DNA of 64,000 bases from Octopus vulgaris (GCA_951406725.2 OX597819.1:78926001-78990000); one strand, 5' to 3'; shown: positions 1 through 13,905, numbered from the stretch's first letter. Made by a program: numbers and translations. Notes: generated by a model not told the origin, from the sequence alone.

Positions 1-1270
1 ATATATATATATATATATATATTATATGTATGTGTGTGTGTGTGTCTTTGGTTCTCTAGTTGCCATAAGACACAAGGTTGCAACATGATCTCTCCAACCA
101 GCCTTGTTTTCTGCTACTGTTCTAGTCCCGTTCCAGCTTCTTTACCCTTCTGGTTTCCTTTCCTTGTCAATGGCCCTTTGCCATATGGTTTTAGGGCACC
201 CTGCTGTTCTTTTTCCCCTTTAGGCTATGAATTAACTTTACCCTGAAATATTTATAAGAAAGGAATGAAACAAGTTTTGCATAAATTGGAGCAGTAGTTA
301 TTGAGATATTCAGGGTTTAGTGGTATAAATACCCAAAATGGTTCATAATGGAAAAATGTTCTGTTATTTAACTTCGCCCTACCGCTTTAGTACCACCATA
401 TGATTGCTTGCCTGCTCACCCATCACTAATAACTTTCATATATTCTTTCAACCATCACCGGTATCATCTCATCTTACCACAACCTAAAGAAGTGCCTATA
501 TCAGGCTTGGGCAAAAGTTTTAGGGAAGAGTACTGCATGAGAACTGTATCATCAAGTGGGTCACAACTAAAAAGAGAAAAGGGTATTTTTTTGTCATATG
601 TAACGTTTGGAAACTGCAGAGGTTGGCAGGTTGCCTATGACTAGCCTATGTGATTACTTGGCCTGCCAGAAACCCTTTCTAGATCTCTTTCACACCACAC
701 AGGTATGTGACATTTTGGCACAACCATTTTGGTGCTGCTTTTTTTTGGCATCATTGATATAGCTCTATTTGACATGAGAGAATTTTTAAATGGTTCCTTC
801 CTTTCTCCCTCTCTGTCTCTTCCTCTCTTCCCCACTCTCTCCTATCCTCTCTCTTCTCCTATGTCTCTCCTCTCTTCTGTCTTTCGTCTTAGCTCTTCTC
901 TGTCCCCATCTCATTTCTCCCTATCTCTTCCTCTCTCCCATTCTCTTTGTAGTTTTGTCTCTATGTATGTGTAATATTTCTCTTCCTGCCCAGCCCATCT
1001 CTCTGTATGTATATATTTTTGCGTGCATGTGTGTACCTCCAGTACCCAAAACATGCAGTCACCAAAACAGGTTGAATGTCCATTCAGCCATGCCATTTCA
1101 TCAGCATCTAAAACAGTTGCACCAAATCATCCCATTCCGATATCACATACAAGCTCAATGACCATATCAGATATTGTAATTCTAGACATGCTGTGCCTAA
1201 ACTAAAAATAAACCATGTTTTTTTCTTTTTCTTTTCGTTTTTCTTCTTCTTTTTTTTTTCTTTTTTTTTT

Positions 1271-1672
1271 TACTTGTCTCAGTCATTGGACTGCAACGAC
1301 GTGCGGCTTTGAAGATTTTTTAATTGACCCCAGTACTTATCTCTGTAAGTCTGGTGCTTATTTGATCAGTATCTTTATGTGTAAGAACATGTTACATTGC
1401 TGGGATGTAAACAAACCAATGTTAAGTTGCTGGAGTGTAAACAAACCAACACTGGTTCTCAGACAGTGATTGGTGACGAACACAGGCACACTCACTCACA
1501 CATGCACACAGTGGGCTTCCTTCAGTTTCCTTCCTCCAAATCCTCTCACAAGGCTTTGGTCAACCCAGTGCTATAGTAGAAGACATTTGCCCAAGGTTCC
1601 GTGCAGTGGGACTGAACCTGGAACTGTATGGTTGAAAAGTGGCCTTCTTACCACACAATCGCGTCTGTGCCT
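1271..1672 (-). mobile_element. tRNA-derived SINE, family A (octopus OR/CORE-like), diverged full-length copy
   Basis: Reverse complement aligns by eye with the reference copy at 41921-42320: B-box-like GGTTCAGTCCC, CCTTGGGCAA core and ...ATGACTGAGACAAGTA tail. Confidence 0.85.
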
Positions 1673-1964
1673 ACATTATCATCATAAATAGAACAGCTTA
1701 GTTTATAGAACTCTCCTATAAGATCTCACCTGAGACTGAACAATCAGGAACCATGTGACCACACTGAATGCCATGTTACTATCACCACAACCACTACATA
1801 TAACCATATTATAGTCACCATATTACATGGCTACTACCACCCTATCATACCAGTCATGTCACATCATGTCATTAGCACTACCACCACAACTACTACTGTA
1901 TTACACATACCCCAGCGCTGTTGTCTTTTCATGCTGTATAACAACCATACTATAAAAAGTAATG

Positions 1965-2389
1965 ACCTCTTTCGGCCATGCATGACCATGGGATTGCACC
2001 TACAAAGTTCCCCTCTGAGACACAAGTCCGGCAAGGTTGTTTATTAAAGACCAGCAGTCGCCCATGCATACCAGCCTCCCTTCTCCGTACCACCAATGTT
2101 ATCCAAGGTTAAAGGCAAACTCCAATATAACTTGGCACCAGTGACATCTGCTACTCATTTCTATAGTTGACTGAACTGGAGCAACATGAAATAAAGTGTC
2201 TTGCTCAAGAACACAGCACACAGCCCGGTACAGGAATTGAACTCACTACCTCATAATTGTGAGCCTGATGCTCTAACCACTGAGCCATGTGCTTTCGTAC
2301 TCAAGAACAGCACACAGCCTGGTCTGAGAATCTAACTCACTACCTCATGATTGTGAACCTGATGCTCTACCTACTAAGCCATGTGCCTC
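1965..2389 (-). mobile_element. tRNA-derived SINE, family B, plus a tandem partial duplicate of its head (2300-2389)
   Basis: Minus strand has A-box TGGCTCAGTGG, B-box GAGTTCAATTCC and TGTGTTCTTGAGCAAGACACTT; homologous to 36436-36840 and 47325-47660. Confidence 0.85.
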
Positions 2390-2470
2390 CAGTATACTGA
2401 TATAACTATACTATACTGATATCATATTATAAGATAACCACTACTATCATCACGTCGTATTGCAATGCTG

Positions 2471-2502
<32 letters not shown>

Positions 2503-2508
<6 letters not shown>

Positions 2509-2874
2509 GCACCATCTGGACATGGCCGATGCCAGCGCTGCCTCGACTGGCTTCTGTGCCAGTGGCACATAAAAAGCCCCATCCGAACATGGCCGATGCC
2601 AGCGCCGCCTTGACTGGTTTCCATGCCGGTGGCACGTTAAAAGCACCAACCGATCGTGGCCGATGCCAGGCTCCCCTGGCACCTGAGCCGGTGGCACGTA
2701 AAAAGCACACACTACACTCGCAGAGTGGTTGGCGTTAGGAAGGGCATCCAGCCGTAGAAACATTGCCAGATCAGACTGGGCCTGGTGCAGCCTTCTGGCT
2801 TCCCAGACCCCAGTTGAACCGTCCAACCCATGCTAGCATGGAAAGCGGACGTTAAACGATGATGATGATGATGA
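2503..2874 (+). mobile_element. RTE-like LINE 3' UTR fragment with (GAT)n tail
   Basis: Matches the UTR downstream of the RTE ORF end at 5852-6336; ends GGACGTTAAACGATGATGATG; has repeated TGGCACGTAAAAAGCAC subunits. Confidence 0.8.
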
Positions 2875-3506
2875 TATATATATATATACACACTCACACA
2901 CACCACTTCTTACACTACAAAATCACACTATCACCATCACCACACCACTAACACCAGCACTACATAAACATCCATTCTATTGTCATCATATCGTATATCG
3001 GTAACCGCATCATCAATGTCGCCGCTTCATCATGCAATAGCTACTACCACTGCCGCCGCACAACAGCACTAGAAATAAGTCTCACCATAGGACATAATCG
3101 CACCAACACACCACCACCATACTTGCACCACCACGCTCCCCCACTACCTCCTGCCCACTCCACGTTGCTTCTACTCAATCAAATGATAGATTGACAGTAT
3201 CTAACAAACTGCCTGTGTATTTTGATCTTCACTACTAATGCCACCGCCACCACCACCACCACCACCATCATTCACTGCATCACTTTGTTGTTGATGGTGG
3301 TGACGGCGATGAAGCTGATATTGGTGGTGATGCTGCTGGTTGCTGGTGGTTGTTAACTGCCGTTGTTCTTGCTGTTGCTCTCGTTGTTCGGTTATTTTTA
3401 TGATAAAATAGTACTCTTTGTGATTTGTCTTAATTATTTTTGGCTGTTTGTTGGAGCTGCACATTGCTACCCCCACCACCCATCCTCTTTCTCTCCCAAG
3501 CTTTTT

Positions 3507-3546
<40 letters not shown>

Positions 3547-3932
3547 ACTCTCTCCTTCCTCAGATGCTTACCAATCTGCTGGTGCAAAGATGATATTTAA
3601 TTCTTCATGTAAGCTATTTATTATTTTTATTTATCTATTTATTTATTTATTTATTTATTTAAATATTTCTGGTGAAAAGAAATTAGTCATCTAATTGCAC
3701 AATGTGTACGAGTGTATGTATGTACATGTGTGTGTGCGTATAACTATATGACTATCTGTTTGTCTGTCTCCGTTTCTCTTTGTACTCTCACTTTCTCTTT
3801 CTATGTATATGTGTAGGTGGCTGTATTTATATATACATGGGCATATAGCTATATATATGTGTGTGGGTATATGTATGTGTGTGTGTGTATATATATGTGT
3901 GTGTGTGTGTGTATATATATATATAGTAGTGG

Positions 3933-3976
<44 letters not shown>

Positions 3977-4122
3977 CAATATTAGTGTAGGTGTCAAAAT
4001 TGTGCTGATTTTTGGTCAATAACTGATGAGAGGTTGAGCATGTCTGCATCCATTGTGTGTTTTTCCTGTTTTTACTTCAGTTTTTCTGCTATTCCCTGTG
4101 CCACATTGATATTATATATTTA

Positions 4123-5012
4123 TAAGTTTGCTTCCCAACCACATGGTTCCGGGTTCAGTCCCACTGCAGAGCACCTTGGGCATATGTCTTCTTCTATAGA
4201 CTCAGGCTGACCAAAGTCTTGTGAGTGGATCTGGTTAATGGAAATTGATAGAAGCTCATTGTGTGTGTTTGTGTTTGTCACCCACCACAGCTTGAAAGTT
4301 GGTGTTGGTGTTTTTACATCACCATAATGTAGCGGTTCAGCAAAAGCGACTGATAGAATATGTTTCAGGCTTTAAAAATCATAAGTACTGAGGATGATTT
4401 CTTTCACTAAAATTCTTCAAGGTGGCTTCCCCTTTAGTTAAATGAATTAGCCTCAGTATTTTTTTTTTAATCAAGTACTTATTCTATAACTTCTTTGTCT
4501 CTTTTACTAAACTGTTAAGTTACAGGGATGTAAACACACCAACACCGGTTGTCAAGAAGTGGTGCATGATAAACATGGATAGAAAGACACACATACACTT
4601 TCACAAAAACACACACTCATTCCCGCCATTTTTGTCATATTAATCACTGTTTGTCAAGCTAAATGTGCAGTATGCATTGCTGATGAGGTTCAATAAGATT
4701 GAAGCATATATGTTGCTTTCACCCCTTTTAATTACAAGTTAGACCCACTCCTATACAACATTTTCTATATTTTCAAAAATTTGATGCAGTTGATTTTGTT
4801 AGGGTTACCTGCCTTGTGTGTGTATATATACACATGCATACAGATATACAATGGGCTTCTTCCAGTTTCCATCTACCAGATCAACTCACAAGGCTTTGGT
4901 CGGTCTTAGGCTATAGTAGAACACACTTGCCCAAAGTGCCACGCTGTGTGACTGAACCCAGAACCATGTGGTTAGTAAGTATGCTTCTTATCACACAACC
5001 ACACCTGTACCT
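4123..5012. mobile_element. Cluster of family A SINEs in opposite orientations (+ 4123-4430; - 4432-4600; - 4850-5012)
   Basis: GGTTCAGTCCCACTGC on +, the reverse-complement tail at 4432-4600 and the reverse-complement head at 4850-5012. Confidence 0.8.
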
Positions 5013-5851
5013 ATGTTTAAAATTAATTGAATCAAAAGCAATGTGTTTCAACAAAAATATGGCAATTAAAGGGTTGAGTCAACACGTGCTCAGCCAACCA
5101 CCAGAGCAGGTAAAAATCAGGTGTGAGATCTTCAATGGAAAATGTGCTATTTTTACATGTTATGCTTGTGTCTTTTTTTTTTGCCTTTTGGTACATAGTG
5201 TTAGTTGTCTCTTCAGAAGGCTTTTAATACAGTCAAGTTTACTAATCTGATAACTGACTGCTGTGTACACTGTTTTGATCAGAAAATGTATTTGTTAGAG
5301 ACACACAACAGATGTTAGATTTAGAAAATGCTAGAGAGAGAGAAAGAAGGAGAGAAAGAAAGAGACTGTATTCACCTAAACTTTGTCCTCCTCAAAGCAT
5401 CATGACCGGAGGCATATTAGCAGCCATATCTCATTAGGCATGTTTTGTTTGCAATGGATTGTCACAGGGTCATTTCATTTTCTTATTGATGTCATGTTGT
5501 TTATAGTAAATACAGTTGCTAGAGATCAACCGTTGTTGTGGCTGAAACCTACATCAGTGTTCCACTTCCAGCTACGACCATCTTTTGGTGGGAGGGTGGG
5601 GTTGTTCTTCATCAAAGAATATATATGCAGTGTCTCATTTTTTTCTTTTCTTTTTTGTTTTAATTTTAAGATGGTAGGGTATGATTTGAAGGAAATTTGG
5701 TAGGACAGCTGATTGTAGTGGTTCAGAAGTGTAGCCATTTTCTAAATATGCAGGCTGATTACTTATATCTTTTGCCTCTGGCATCTATCCTCTTTTTACT
5801 GCTGTGCTGCTGTCTTTGAGTCTGTGTCGTATATATATATATATATATATA

Positions 5852-6556
5852 TCATCATCATCATCGTTTAACGTCCGTTCTCCATGCTAGCATGGGTTGG
5901 ACAGTTCGACCGGGGATCTGGGAAGCCAGAAGGCTACACCAGGCTCCAGTCTTATCTGGCAATGTTTCTACAGCTGAATGCCCTTCCTAATGCCAACCAC
6001 TCCGTGAGTGTAGTGGGTGCTTTTTACGTGCCACCTGCACAGGTGCCAGGCGAGGCTAGCAACGGCCACGGTTGGATTGGTGTATTTTACGTGCCACCGG
6101 CACGGAAGCCAGTCAAGGCGGTGCTGGCATCGGCCACGAGTCGGATAGTGCTTTTTACGTACCACAGACCAGGGGTCCTGGCAGGTTCAATTCGATTTCG
6201 ATTGCCCCAACATGTCTTCGCAAGCAAAGGGGGTTGGCATGGGTGCCTGTCGTCGGATGAGGTTCTATATTGACTTCGCTTGCCTCAACAGGTCTTTGTG
6301 TCCAAGGGAGGAAAGGCATGCATAAGTGGGCTGGGCTCACTTGTCCTGCCTGGTCTTCTCACGTACAGCATATTTCCAAAGGTCTCGGTCGCTGGTCATT
6401 TCCTCAGTGAGGCCTAAAGTTCGAAGGTCGTGCTTCACCACCTCGTCCCAGGTTTTCCTGGGTCTACCTCTTCCACGGGTTCCCTCAACTGCTAGGGATT
6501 GGCACTTTCTCACACACCTATCTTCATCCATTCTCGCCACATGACCATACCAGCGT
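5852..6556 (-). mobile_element. 5'-truncated RTE-clade LINE: C-terminal ORF end, 3' UTR and (GAT)n tail
   Basis: Minus-strand translation RWYGHVARMDEDRCVRKCQSLAVEGTRGRGRPRKTWDEVVKHDL...DRDLWK (ORF 6337-6540) carries the RW.GHV.RM and RGRPRK.W signature of RTE-type ORFs. Confidence 0.9.
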
Positions 6557-6584
6557 GTGGCTGTGTGGTAGGTGTGTGTGTATA

Positions 6585-6742
6585 TGACAGGCTTTTCGGC
6601 CTAACAAATCCACTTAACAAAGTTTTGGGTTGGCCCAATGCTATATTAGAGAACACATAGACAAGGTGCCATGTGTTGTGATTGAACCTGAACGCCTGTG
6701 GTTGGGAAGCAAACTTTATAACCACGCAGCCACACCTGTGCC
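6585..6742 (-). mobile_element. Family A SINE, 5' half
   Basis: Reverse complement of the GGCACAGGTGTGGCTGCGTGGT...GTTCAGGTTCAATC head. Confidence 0.75.
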
Positions 6743-7302
6743 CAAATGCATATGCACGTGTGTGTGTGTTTGTGTGATTGATATACGAATACAGATATAC
6801 CTACATATGTGCATATATACATACACATGCATATATATGTACTTGCATAGATATAGATATACACACATACACACACAGAAGTTCCTATTGAGCTCTGTAA
6901 TTATGTTTTCTACATTTAATTTAATAGCTCATATTTAACCTATATAAATGGAGGAGGACAGACAACTGTAGATTTATGCATGGACGAACATATCTACCTA
7001 CTGATGCATGTGTGTTTATATAGGTATGTATATATGTATACACACACACACATGCCTGATCATTTCTGTCTATATGCAAATACTATGATGGTGATGTATT
7101 ATCAGTACATTCATATGGGCACTGTTTCCCATAGCTAAATGTGTATGTATGTTGTACACATATATCCACACACATGTATATTTATACATATAAACATGTA
7201 TATGAATATATAAATATAATAGATACAGACTACATTCTTGTGCATGCACACATTAATTTATAATTATATATATATATATGTATGTATGTAATTTATAATT
7301 AT

Positions 7303-7333
<31 letters not shown>

Positions 7334-8092
7334 TCACATACAGACACACACATAATATACATACATACACACACACATGTATACCTACTTAAATTTGCTT
7401 CTTGTCGCCTTTGTGGCACTAAAGGAATCTTTATTATAATTTTTTTCTCTCTTATTTTCATTCTTTCTTCTTTCTTTTCTTTCTCCATATTCATTCCTCC
7501 TTCTCCTCTAATTCCACCCCCCCCCCCCGCCCAACCTGCTACCTCCCCCCACGACCACCACCACCTTCAATTCTAAGTAATCAATTAGTAAAAGCTTACA
7601 GCGTTGCAAGTACTAACACAAGTACTCTCTGTGTAAACTCTCACTGCACCGCGTTCTAAGTAGCTTAGATGATGGGCTACTGGAAGCACTTGGCTGGCTT
7701 TAATGCTGTCAACTGAATATCAAAACTCTGAATCAATGTACAAAATACTATTGAAGGAGAATGAGGCGAGGAGGTTCGAGGTAGATGGGAATGTGGGGAG
7801 AAACATTTGTTCACTTCTGTGTTTTTTTTTTTTTCATATATGTGTGTGTGTGTGTGTCTTTATATGTATGTATGTATGTATGTATAATATCGTTTCTCAT
7901 TAAACATTTGATATCTGGTTAGGGTTTTGCATTTTAGATTTTTGTTGTGGGATGTTGTTTTTATTCTGTCACAGTTCATTCATTCTCTTCTGTAATTTGC
8001 GAGGTTTTTCTTTTCTTTTTTCTGTGTCCCAATTCTTACTCTAGAGTCTACTTTTCTCTGGTTATTTTTTTTCGATAATAATAATAATGATG

Positions 8093-8127
<35 letters not shown>

Positions 8128-8135
8128 CATTATAA

Positions 8136-8518
8136 GCACAGGAATGGCTGTGAGGTAAGAAGCCTGCTTCCCAACCATATGGTTCTGGGTTTAGTCCCAC
8201 TTGGGCAAGTGTCTTCTACTCTAGCCTTGGACTGACCAAAGCCTTGTGAGTGGATTTAGTAGATGGAAACTGAAAGAAGCCTGTCGTATATATACATATA
8301 TATATATTTATTATTTGTGTCTGTGTATGTCCCCCTACCATTGCTTGACAACTGATGTTGGTGTGTTTACGTCCCCATAACCTCATGGTTCAGCAAAAAG
8401 AGACTGATAGAATAAGTACTAGGCTTACTAAGAATAATTCCTGTAGTAGGTTTGCTCGACTAAAGGCAGTGCTCCAGCATCGCCACCGTCAAATGACTGA
8501 AACAAGTAAAAGAATAAA
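8136..8518 (+). mobile_element. Family A SINE, full length
   Basis: Head GCACAGGAATGGCTGTGAGGTAAG, internal (TA)n, tail AAATGACTGAAACAAGTAAAAGAATAAA. Confidence 0.88.
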
Positions 8519-8593
8519 GCATTTTACTTGGCATGCTAACAATTGTGTCAGTTTGCCACCTTCGTAACAACAACAACAATAATAATAATAATT

Positions 8594-8624
<31 letters not shown>

Positions 8625-8859
8625 TAATAATAATATTGAAAATCCTAACTGGGTCCCACCTGCAAGGTCATGCATTGCTTATTTTGATATAAGGTCACCA
8701 TGTCGTGCACATCTGGTTGTGCTCCATGTGGCTGGTGTACCCCTATCAGATGGCTAGTTATAATGGGTATACTAGGTTTCGTATATTTTACCCCAGTGTC
8801 ACTTTGATGGCATGTGCTGCTCTCTCACTCAACAACAACAACAATACTAACAATAATAA

Positions 8860-9510
8860 TTTAAAATTTTTCCACAAAATCAGAAATTTCAGGGAGAAAC
8901 ATCGACTCCGGTGTTCAGCTGGTACTCATTCAATTGTTCCCGAAAGGATTAAAAGGTAAAGTTGACCTCAGCAGAATTTTAACTTAAAACGCAAAGATGG
9001 ACGAAATGCCGCTAAGCAATTTGCCTAGTGTGATAATGATTCTGCCAGCTCGCCACCTTAATGATGATGTTGATGCTGCTGCTGCTGCAGCACAAGGATG
9101 GCAATTTTTTCAGTGAGGAAACTAGTTGATTATATTGACCTCAATGTTTCACTGCTACTTCATTTATCAACCCTAAAAGGATGAAAGGCAAAGTTGACTT
9201 TGGTGGAACTCAGAATGTGAAAATGATGCGCTGGCATTGGCCATGTTCAGATGGTGCTTTTTACGTGCCACTGGCACAGGTATCAGTAATAATAATCCTT
9301 TCTACTATAGGCACAAGGCCTAAAATTTGTGGAAGGGGGATAGTTGAATATGTCAACCCCAGTGCTCCACTGGTACTTATTTCATCGACCCTGAAAGGAT
9401 GAAGAGCAAAGTCAACCAGGGTAGAATTTGAACACAGAACGTGAAGACAGCCGAAATACATCTAAACATTTCAGCTGGTGTGCTAATGATTCTGCCAGCT
9501 TGTCGCCTCA
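8860..9510 (-). mobile_element. Tandem array of three family C SINEs (Deu/Nin-domain-like)
   Basis: Repeated CCCGAAAGGAT..AAGGCAAAGTTGACC..GAATTTGAAC..TTCTGCCAGCTCGCC units separated by (AAT)/(GAT) repeats. The minus-strand GCCTTTCATCCTTT...GTACCAG block resembles the Deu/Nin SINE domain. Confidence 0.8.
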
Positions 9511-9789
9511 ATAACAACAACAACAACATTGTTGGCTTGAGTGAGATTTGAACTCTGAGGATAATCAAACTTGTACTTCATTTTTGTGTGTAGCTCTCAT
9601 TATTAGTAATAATAATTATAACAACAATCATCTACCATCATTGCAATTATCCCCATCATCATCACCATCATCATCAGGAGCAACCGACTATCTGTTCATT
9701 AGTTCAACATCTTTTCTCAGTAACATAGCCGAAACCCTCCAGTTGAAATATCTTTGTTGATGTTGTAGTTGCTGTCGTTATTGCTTACG

Positions 9790-9820
<31 letters not shown>

Positions 9821-10439
9821 CAACGTCGCCGTCTGTGTTTGTTAATCTCGGTATGATTACCAATAAATTTGAATGAACGGTTATAATGTAATTAGAAAAT
9901 AATAACCTTTTGCCATGCATTTCTGCACACACCGCTGACTTTTGCTGTTATCGATGGAAATCAATTGTCTAGTTTGAAAGTAATTGTTTGTGAAGGGCTC
10001 GTCCATTTCTGCTTGTTAAACTGTCATCAGTTTCTATCGATTTTGTTGTTGTTGTTGTTATTATTGTTATTCTTGTTGCTGTTGTTGCTGCTGCTGCTCA
10101 CACTTGGACATTTCTCATCTCAACTCTTATTTATTCTCTCTTAAAACACTAAAACAGCAAGCCTGCTTATTATATATATTTTTTTCCTATCTCCTCTTTA
10201 GTTTGTAGTCGATGGTGATGATGATTGCTATAATTTCTTATGAATATATTTTATTGATCTATTGGCTTCTGATTTATATTGTTTTTTTTTCCCCTCTTTC
10301 TTTTTTTTTTAGTATTTTTTTTTTTCTATATTTGTTACATTATTTATGTTGTTAAGGTTGCAATGAAGCTCTAAGCTAAATTTCTCGACCCTCCATTTTT
10401 GTCTACATCTGACTGTAGTTTAAAGCGTCCCCCCTTCAC

Positions 10440-10494
<55 letters not shown>

Positions 10495-10914
10495 TATTGT
10501 CTTTCCTTCCATATTTCTTGGAGGGAAAGAATTTCTGGGAATTGCTGCCACCTTATATCTCAGACTCAGTGACTAAAAATGCAACTCCCCCCCCCAAAAA
10601 AAAAAAAAAAAAACAAGAAAAATAATACAAGATAAATTTGAAAAATGGACTCATTGGCTGATGGATGAAGATGGTTAGGCAGTGGGTCATCAAAACTTTG
10701 TTGCGTGTGTGCACGGGAGGCATTATTCTGTTATGGGCTTGAAAAATTCTTAGGAAACAGTTCAGTGTGAACCACCCCTGCGTCTCAACTAAAGCAATTG
10801 CTATTTTCAGTGCAAAAACCACTACAGCTACTACCACCCACACTAGTTCCAAAGGCTGGCACTACTGAAGTAAGCTGTCATAGTTTTGGTTTCTTGGAAT
10901 TCGGTGATCATGTG

Positions 10915-11065
10915 GGTACATGCGTGGCTGTGTGGTTACGAAGCCTGCTTCCTGATCATGTGGTCTTTAGTTCACTCCCATTGTGCAGCACCTTGGGCCA
11001 GTCTTCTACTATAGACTCTGGTCACCCTAAGCCTTGTGAGTTGATTTGGGAGATGGAAACTAAAA
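10915..11065 (+). mobile_element. Family A SINE, 5' half
   Basis: GTGGCTGTGTGGTTAC...GCACCTTGGGC...GCCTTGTGAG...GATGGAAACT. Confidence 0.75.
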
Positions 11066-11217
11066 GGTGGTACATTTGGTGAATAGGATGGATGAGGAAG
11101 CTTTTGGCGAGAAAATCAGGAGTCAGGAGAGCCTGGTGAAGAATCCGATTCTTCATGCTCCCCAGAACTGGTCACTTTTGCTGAATGTTCTCCCTCAAAT
11201 GCTTCAAAATGTCAGCA
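11066..11217 (-). pseudogene. Decayed mariner-type transposase fragment
   Basis: Minus strand gives DILKHLRENIQQK*P...RILHQ and PHPSYSPNVP, compared with mariner ILHHDNA and PHPPYSPDLAP; broken by stops and deletions. Confidence 0.65.
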
Positions 11218-12774
11218 GAACTTGACCTGCAAGAAATAACAGTCAAACATTTCTTAAATTACTCCCTTTTGTCACAAAAAGAGGGAAAGACATATTGGAT
11301 AGCAACGCAGAAAAGAAGGAAAAAATAGTCAAGTTTGGGATGTCATGATGGTGTATTCTTGTCTGCAAGGAAGCCTGTATATGATCACTTAAGCTGCAAA
11401 AAATAACAGCCAAAATATTCCTTAAATATTGATATGAAATATTCCTCTATTGATATGAAAAGAAGGTGGAACACGTTGGAGATTGTAGTTATAGATATAT
11501 AATGCCAAAGAGAAGGTTGTCTTGAACACCTTTGATCATAAATCCAGTCTGGGACCAAACCACATTTTGGCATTTAACCTGCTGGGTCAAGGAGCATATG
11601 CACAAATGTAATTCCATAGACGTTTAATAGTTGTTTTATATTAAATTAAAGAGTTATATCTTGTACAGGTCAACTTGTAGTGTCACTTTATATTGTGGAT
11701 ATGAAGCAAAAGAACATTGTACTAAATTTCAAGAAACATAATGCTTTTAAGTGAAGTGACCTCTAATGTTAATTTGGGCCATCAAAGGTTGTAAAGTGTT
11801 GACTGATGTAATAGAATAACAAGCAATAAAAAGTACAAGTAGTAGTAGTAGTAGTTGCTGTTGTTCTTTAGACTTATTAACTCTGCTTGCTTTTGTCAGT
11901 ACATTGCTTCAGTCATCACCTGTTTATTGTTTCCTCACTCAGCTCTTTGATATAATGCTTTTTTTATGTGGTTGCTACAAAATGCTGAAAGTGGTCCTAT
12001 GCAGATCTAGTGAAAAACATCAAAATTCGTAGATGAGTAGACTACTTACTAGAAATCTTCTTTGACTATAGAATGTAACTTGAGCGATAGGGAATGATGT
12101 GCCTCGCTCAAAGACACAGTACACACCGCCCAGTTCAGGAACTGAACCTATAACCATCTAATCATAAACCTAACCTTCTAATCACTAGGACCTGTGCAAC
12201 TAGTATCAAAAATGACACAGTGCATCTATAGCCTTTGATCCTTTTGTTACCATATTTCTGTTTAAAGACATCCAGTTTTGTTTCAGTTAATTTGAAAATT
12301 TAGTAAAATATCTTAGTTGTTTTTGAGCTGGTGTTTGGCAGAGGAATTAAGATGAAATGTTGCTGGAAGGTTTTACATCACTTGGAACAAGAAATGTGTA
12401 TCATAGTACCAAGGGCAGTCTCAAACGCTTTAGACAAATACTGAAAACTTAGTGTTGAGAATTCAGATTAGGCCATGTGTTTCAATAGGTATAAGAAATA
12501 CTTTATTAGTCTCTATTTACAAATAGAAAAGTCAGAGTCATTTATACTATAGATCAGTGAGTAGAAGATTTACCCTTACTCTCTCTCTTACTCTTGCTCT
12601 CTTCCACCCTCACCTTCTCTTGTTCCTGATTGCTCTCTCTTGCTCTCTAACTAGAGTAACCATCTACCTCATCTGCAGCAAGGCATCTGTTTCTGTCCCC
12701 TGTGTCATACCCTTATCTTTCATCCCTTGGCACCAAGCTGCCTCTTCCAATACTCCCCTCTTCTCAAAGAATCG

Positions 12775-13180
12775 TTGTCTTGCAAGTTACTTGGTGACTT
12801 GCTGGTGCCACATAAAAAGCATCCAGTTTACACTGTAAAGTGGTTGGCATTTGGAAAGGTATCTAGCTGTAAAAACTATGCCAAAGCAGACCTTGCCTGT
12901 GCTGGTGCTACGTTAAAAGCACCCAGCCCACTTTGGCATTAGGAAGAGTATGCAGCCATAAAAACCATGCCTCAACAGACATCACTGGTGCTGATGCTGG
13001 TGCCACACGAAAAGCATCAGTCCACTCTGTAAGACAGTTGGCATTAGGCAGGGCATCCAGCTGTAAAAACCATACCAAAACAGTGTAGCTTGATGCAGTC
13101 TTCTGGCTTGCTAGCTCCTGTCAAACTGTCCAGTACATACCAGCATGGATGCTTAACAATAAATGATTATGACGATGATG
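12775..13180 (+). mobile_element. RTE-like 3' UTR fragment with three tandem sub-repeats
   Basis: Three GCTGGTGC(C/T)AC..AAAAGCA..CAG..TTGGCATT.GG..GGG.ATC.AGC units ending in a (GAT)n-like tail. Confidence 0.7.
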
Positions 13181-13469
13181 ATACACACACACACAGAGTT
13201 GCCAAAGGATCCCTGCCTTCTCAAATTATTTATCTCACCAAATTTCAATTCTGTTTTTAACTCTTCTGGTAATTATTTTCTCATTACACCTCACAGTTCC
13301 TGTGCTATTTGAAGCCATGTCTCTTACTGGGTGTGTACTTGTAAAAAAAATCCATATATGGCTGTATAGTTAAGGAGCTTGCTTTGGAAGCACATGGCAA
13401 AAGCTCAGTTCAAATCCATGGCGCCTTGGGCTAATGTCTTCTACTGTAACTCCAGGCTGGCCAATACCT

Positions 13470-13517
<48 letters not shown>

Positions 13518-13647
13518 CCTCATGGCAGTACCCATCTTGGTTGCAGTCCAGTTATTGAAGCAAAAAGTAAAAGAGGAAAGAATACCAGGTTGAACACTTT
13601 ATTAAAAATAAGTTTTTGTTTAATATCTAAAAATATTAATGTATAAC

Positions 13648-13905
13648 TGAGACCTTTGGTAATATGCCGCTCTTGAGAAAAAGACCCATGAAACCAAGTG
13701 AAATCATAGTCGTGGCAGATACTGGTGTGATACATAAAGGCATCCATTACATTCTTGGAGTGGTTGGCATTAGGAAGGGCATCCAGCTGTAGAAACCATG
13801 TCAAAATCAGTCTGGGGTCTCGTACAAACCCTCAGCTCACCAGCCTTGGTCAAACTGTCCAACTTATGCCAGCATGGACAATGGACATTAAATGATAATG
13901 ATGAT
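13648..13905 (+). mobile_element. RTE-like 3' fragment
   Basis: GGAGTGGTTGGCATTAGGAAGGGCATCCAGCTGTAGAAAC...GCATGGACAATGGACATTAAATGATAATGATGATG. Confidence 0.75.

Noticed and set aside
45-67. TCTTTGGTTCTCTAGTTG resembles miR-9-5p
   Set aside because: Mismatches in the mature body, a divergent 3' end and no complementary star arm downstream.
682-707. CAG|GTATGT donor with a possible 20-nt microexon
   Set aside because: The acceptor lacks a real polypyrimidine tract and the length is not a multiple of three.
8636-8830. Complex segment embedded in (AAT)n, perhaps a site-specific LINE 3' UTR
   Set aside because: Single copy in this window with no coding motif, so it cannot be assigned from the sequence alone.
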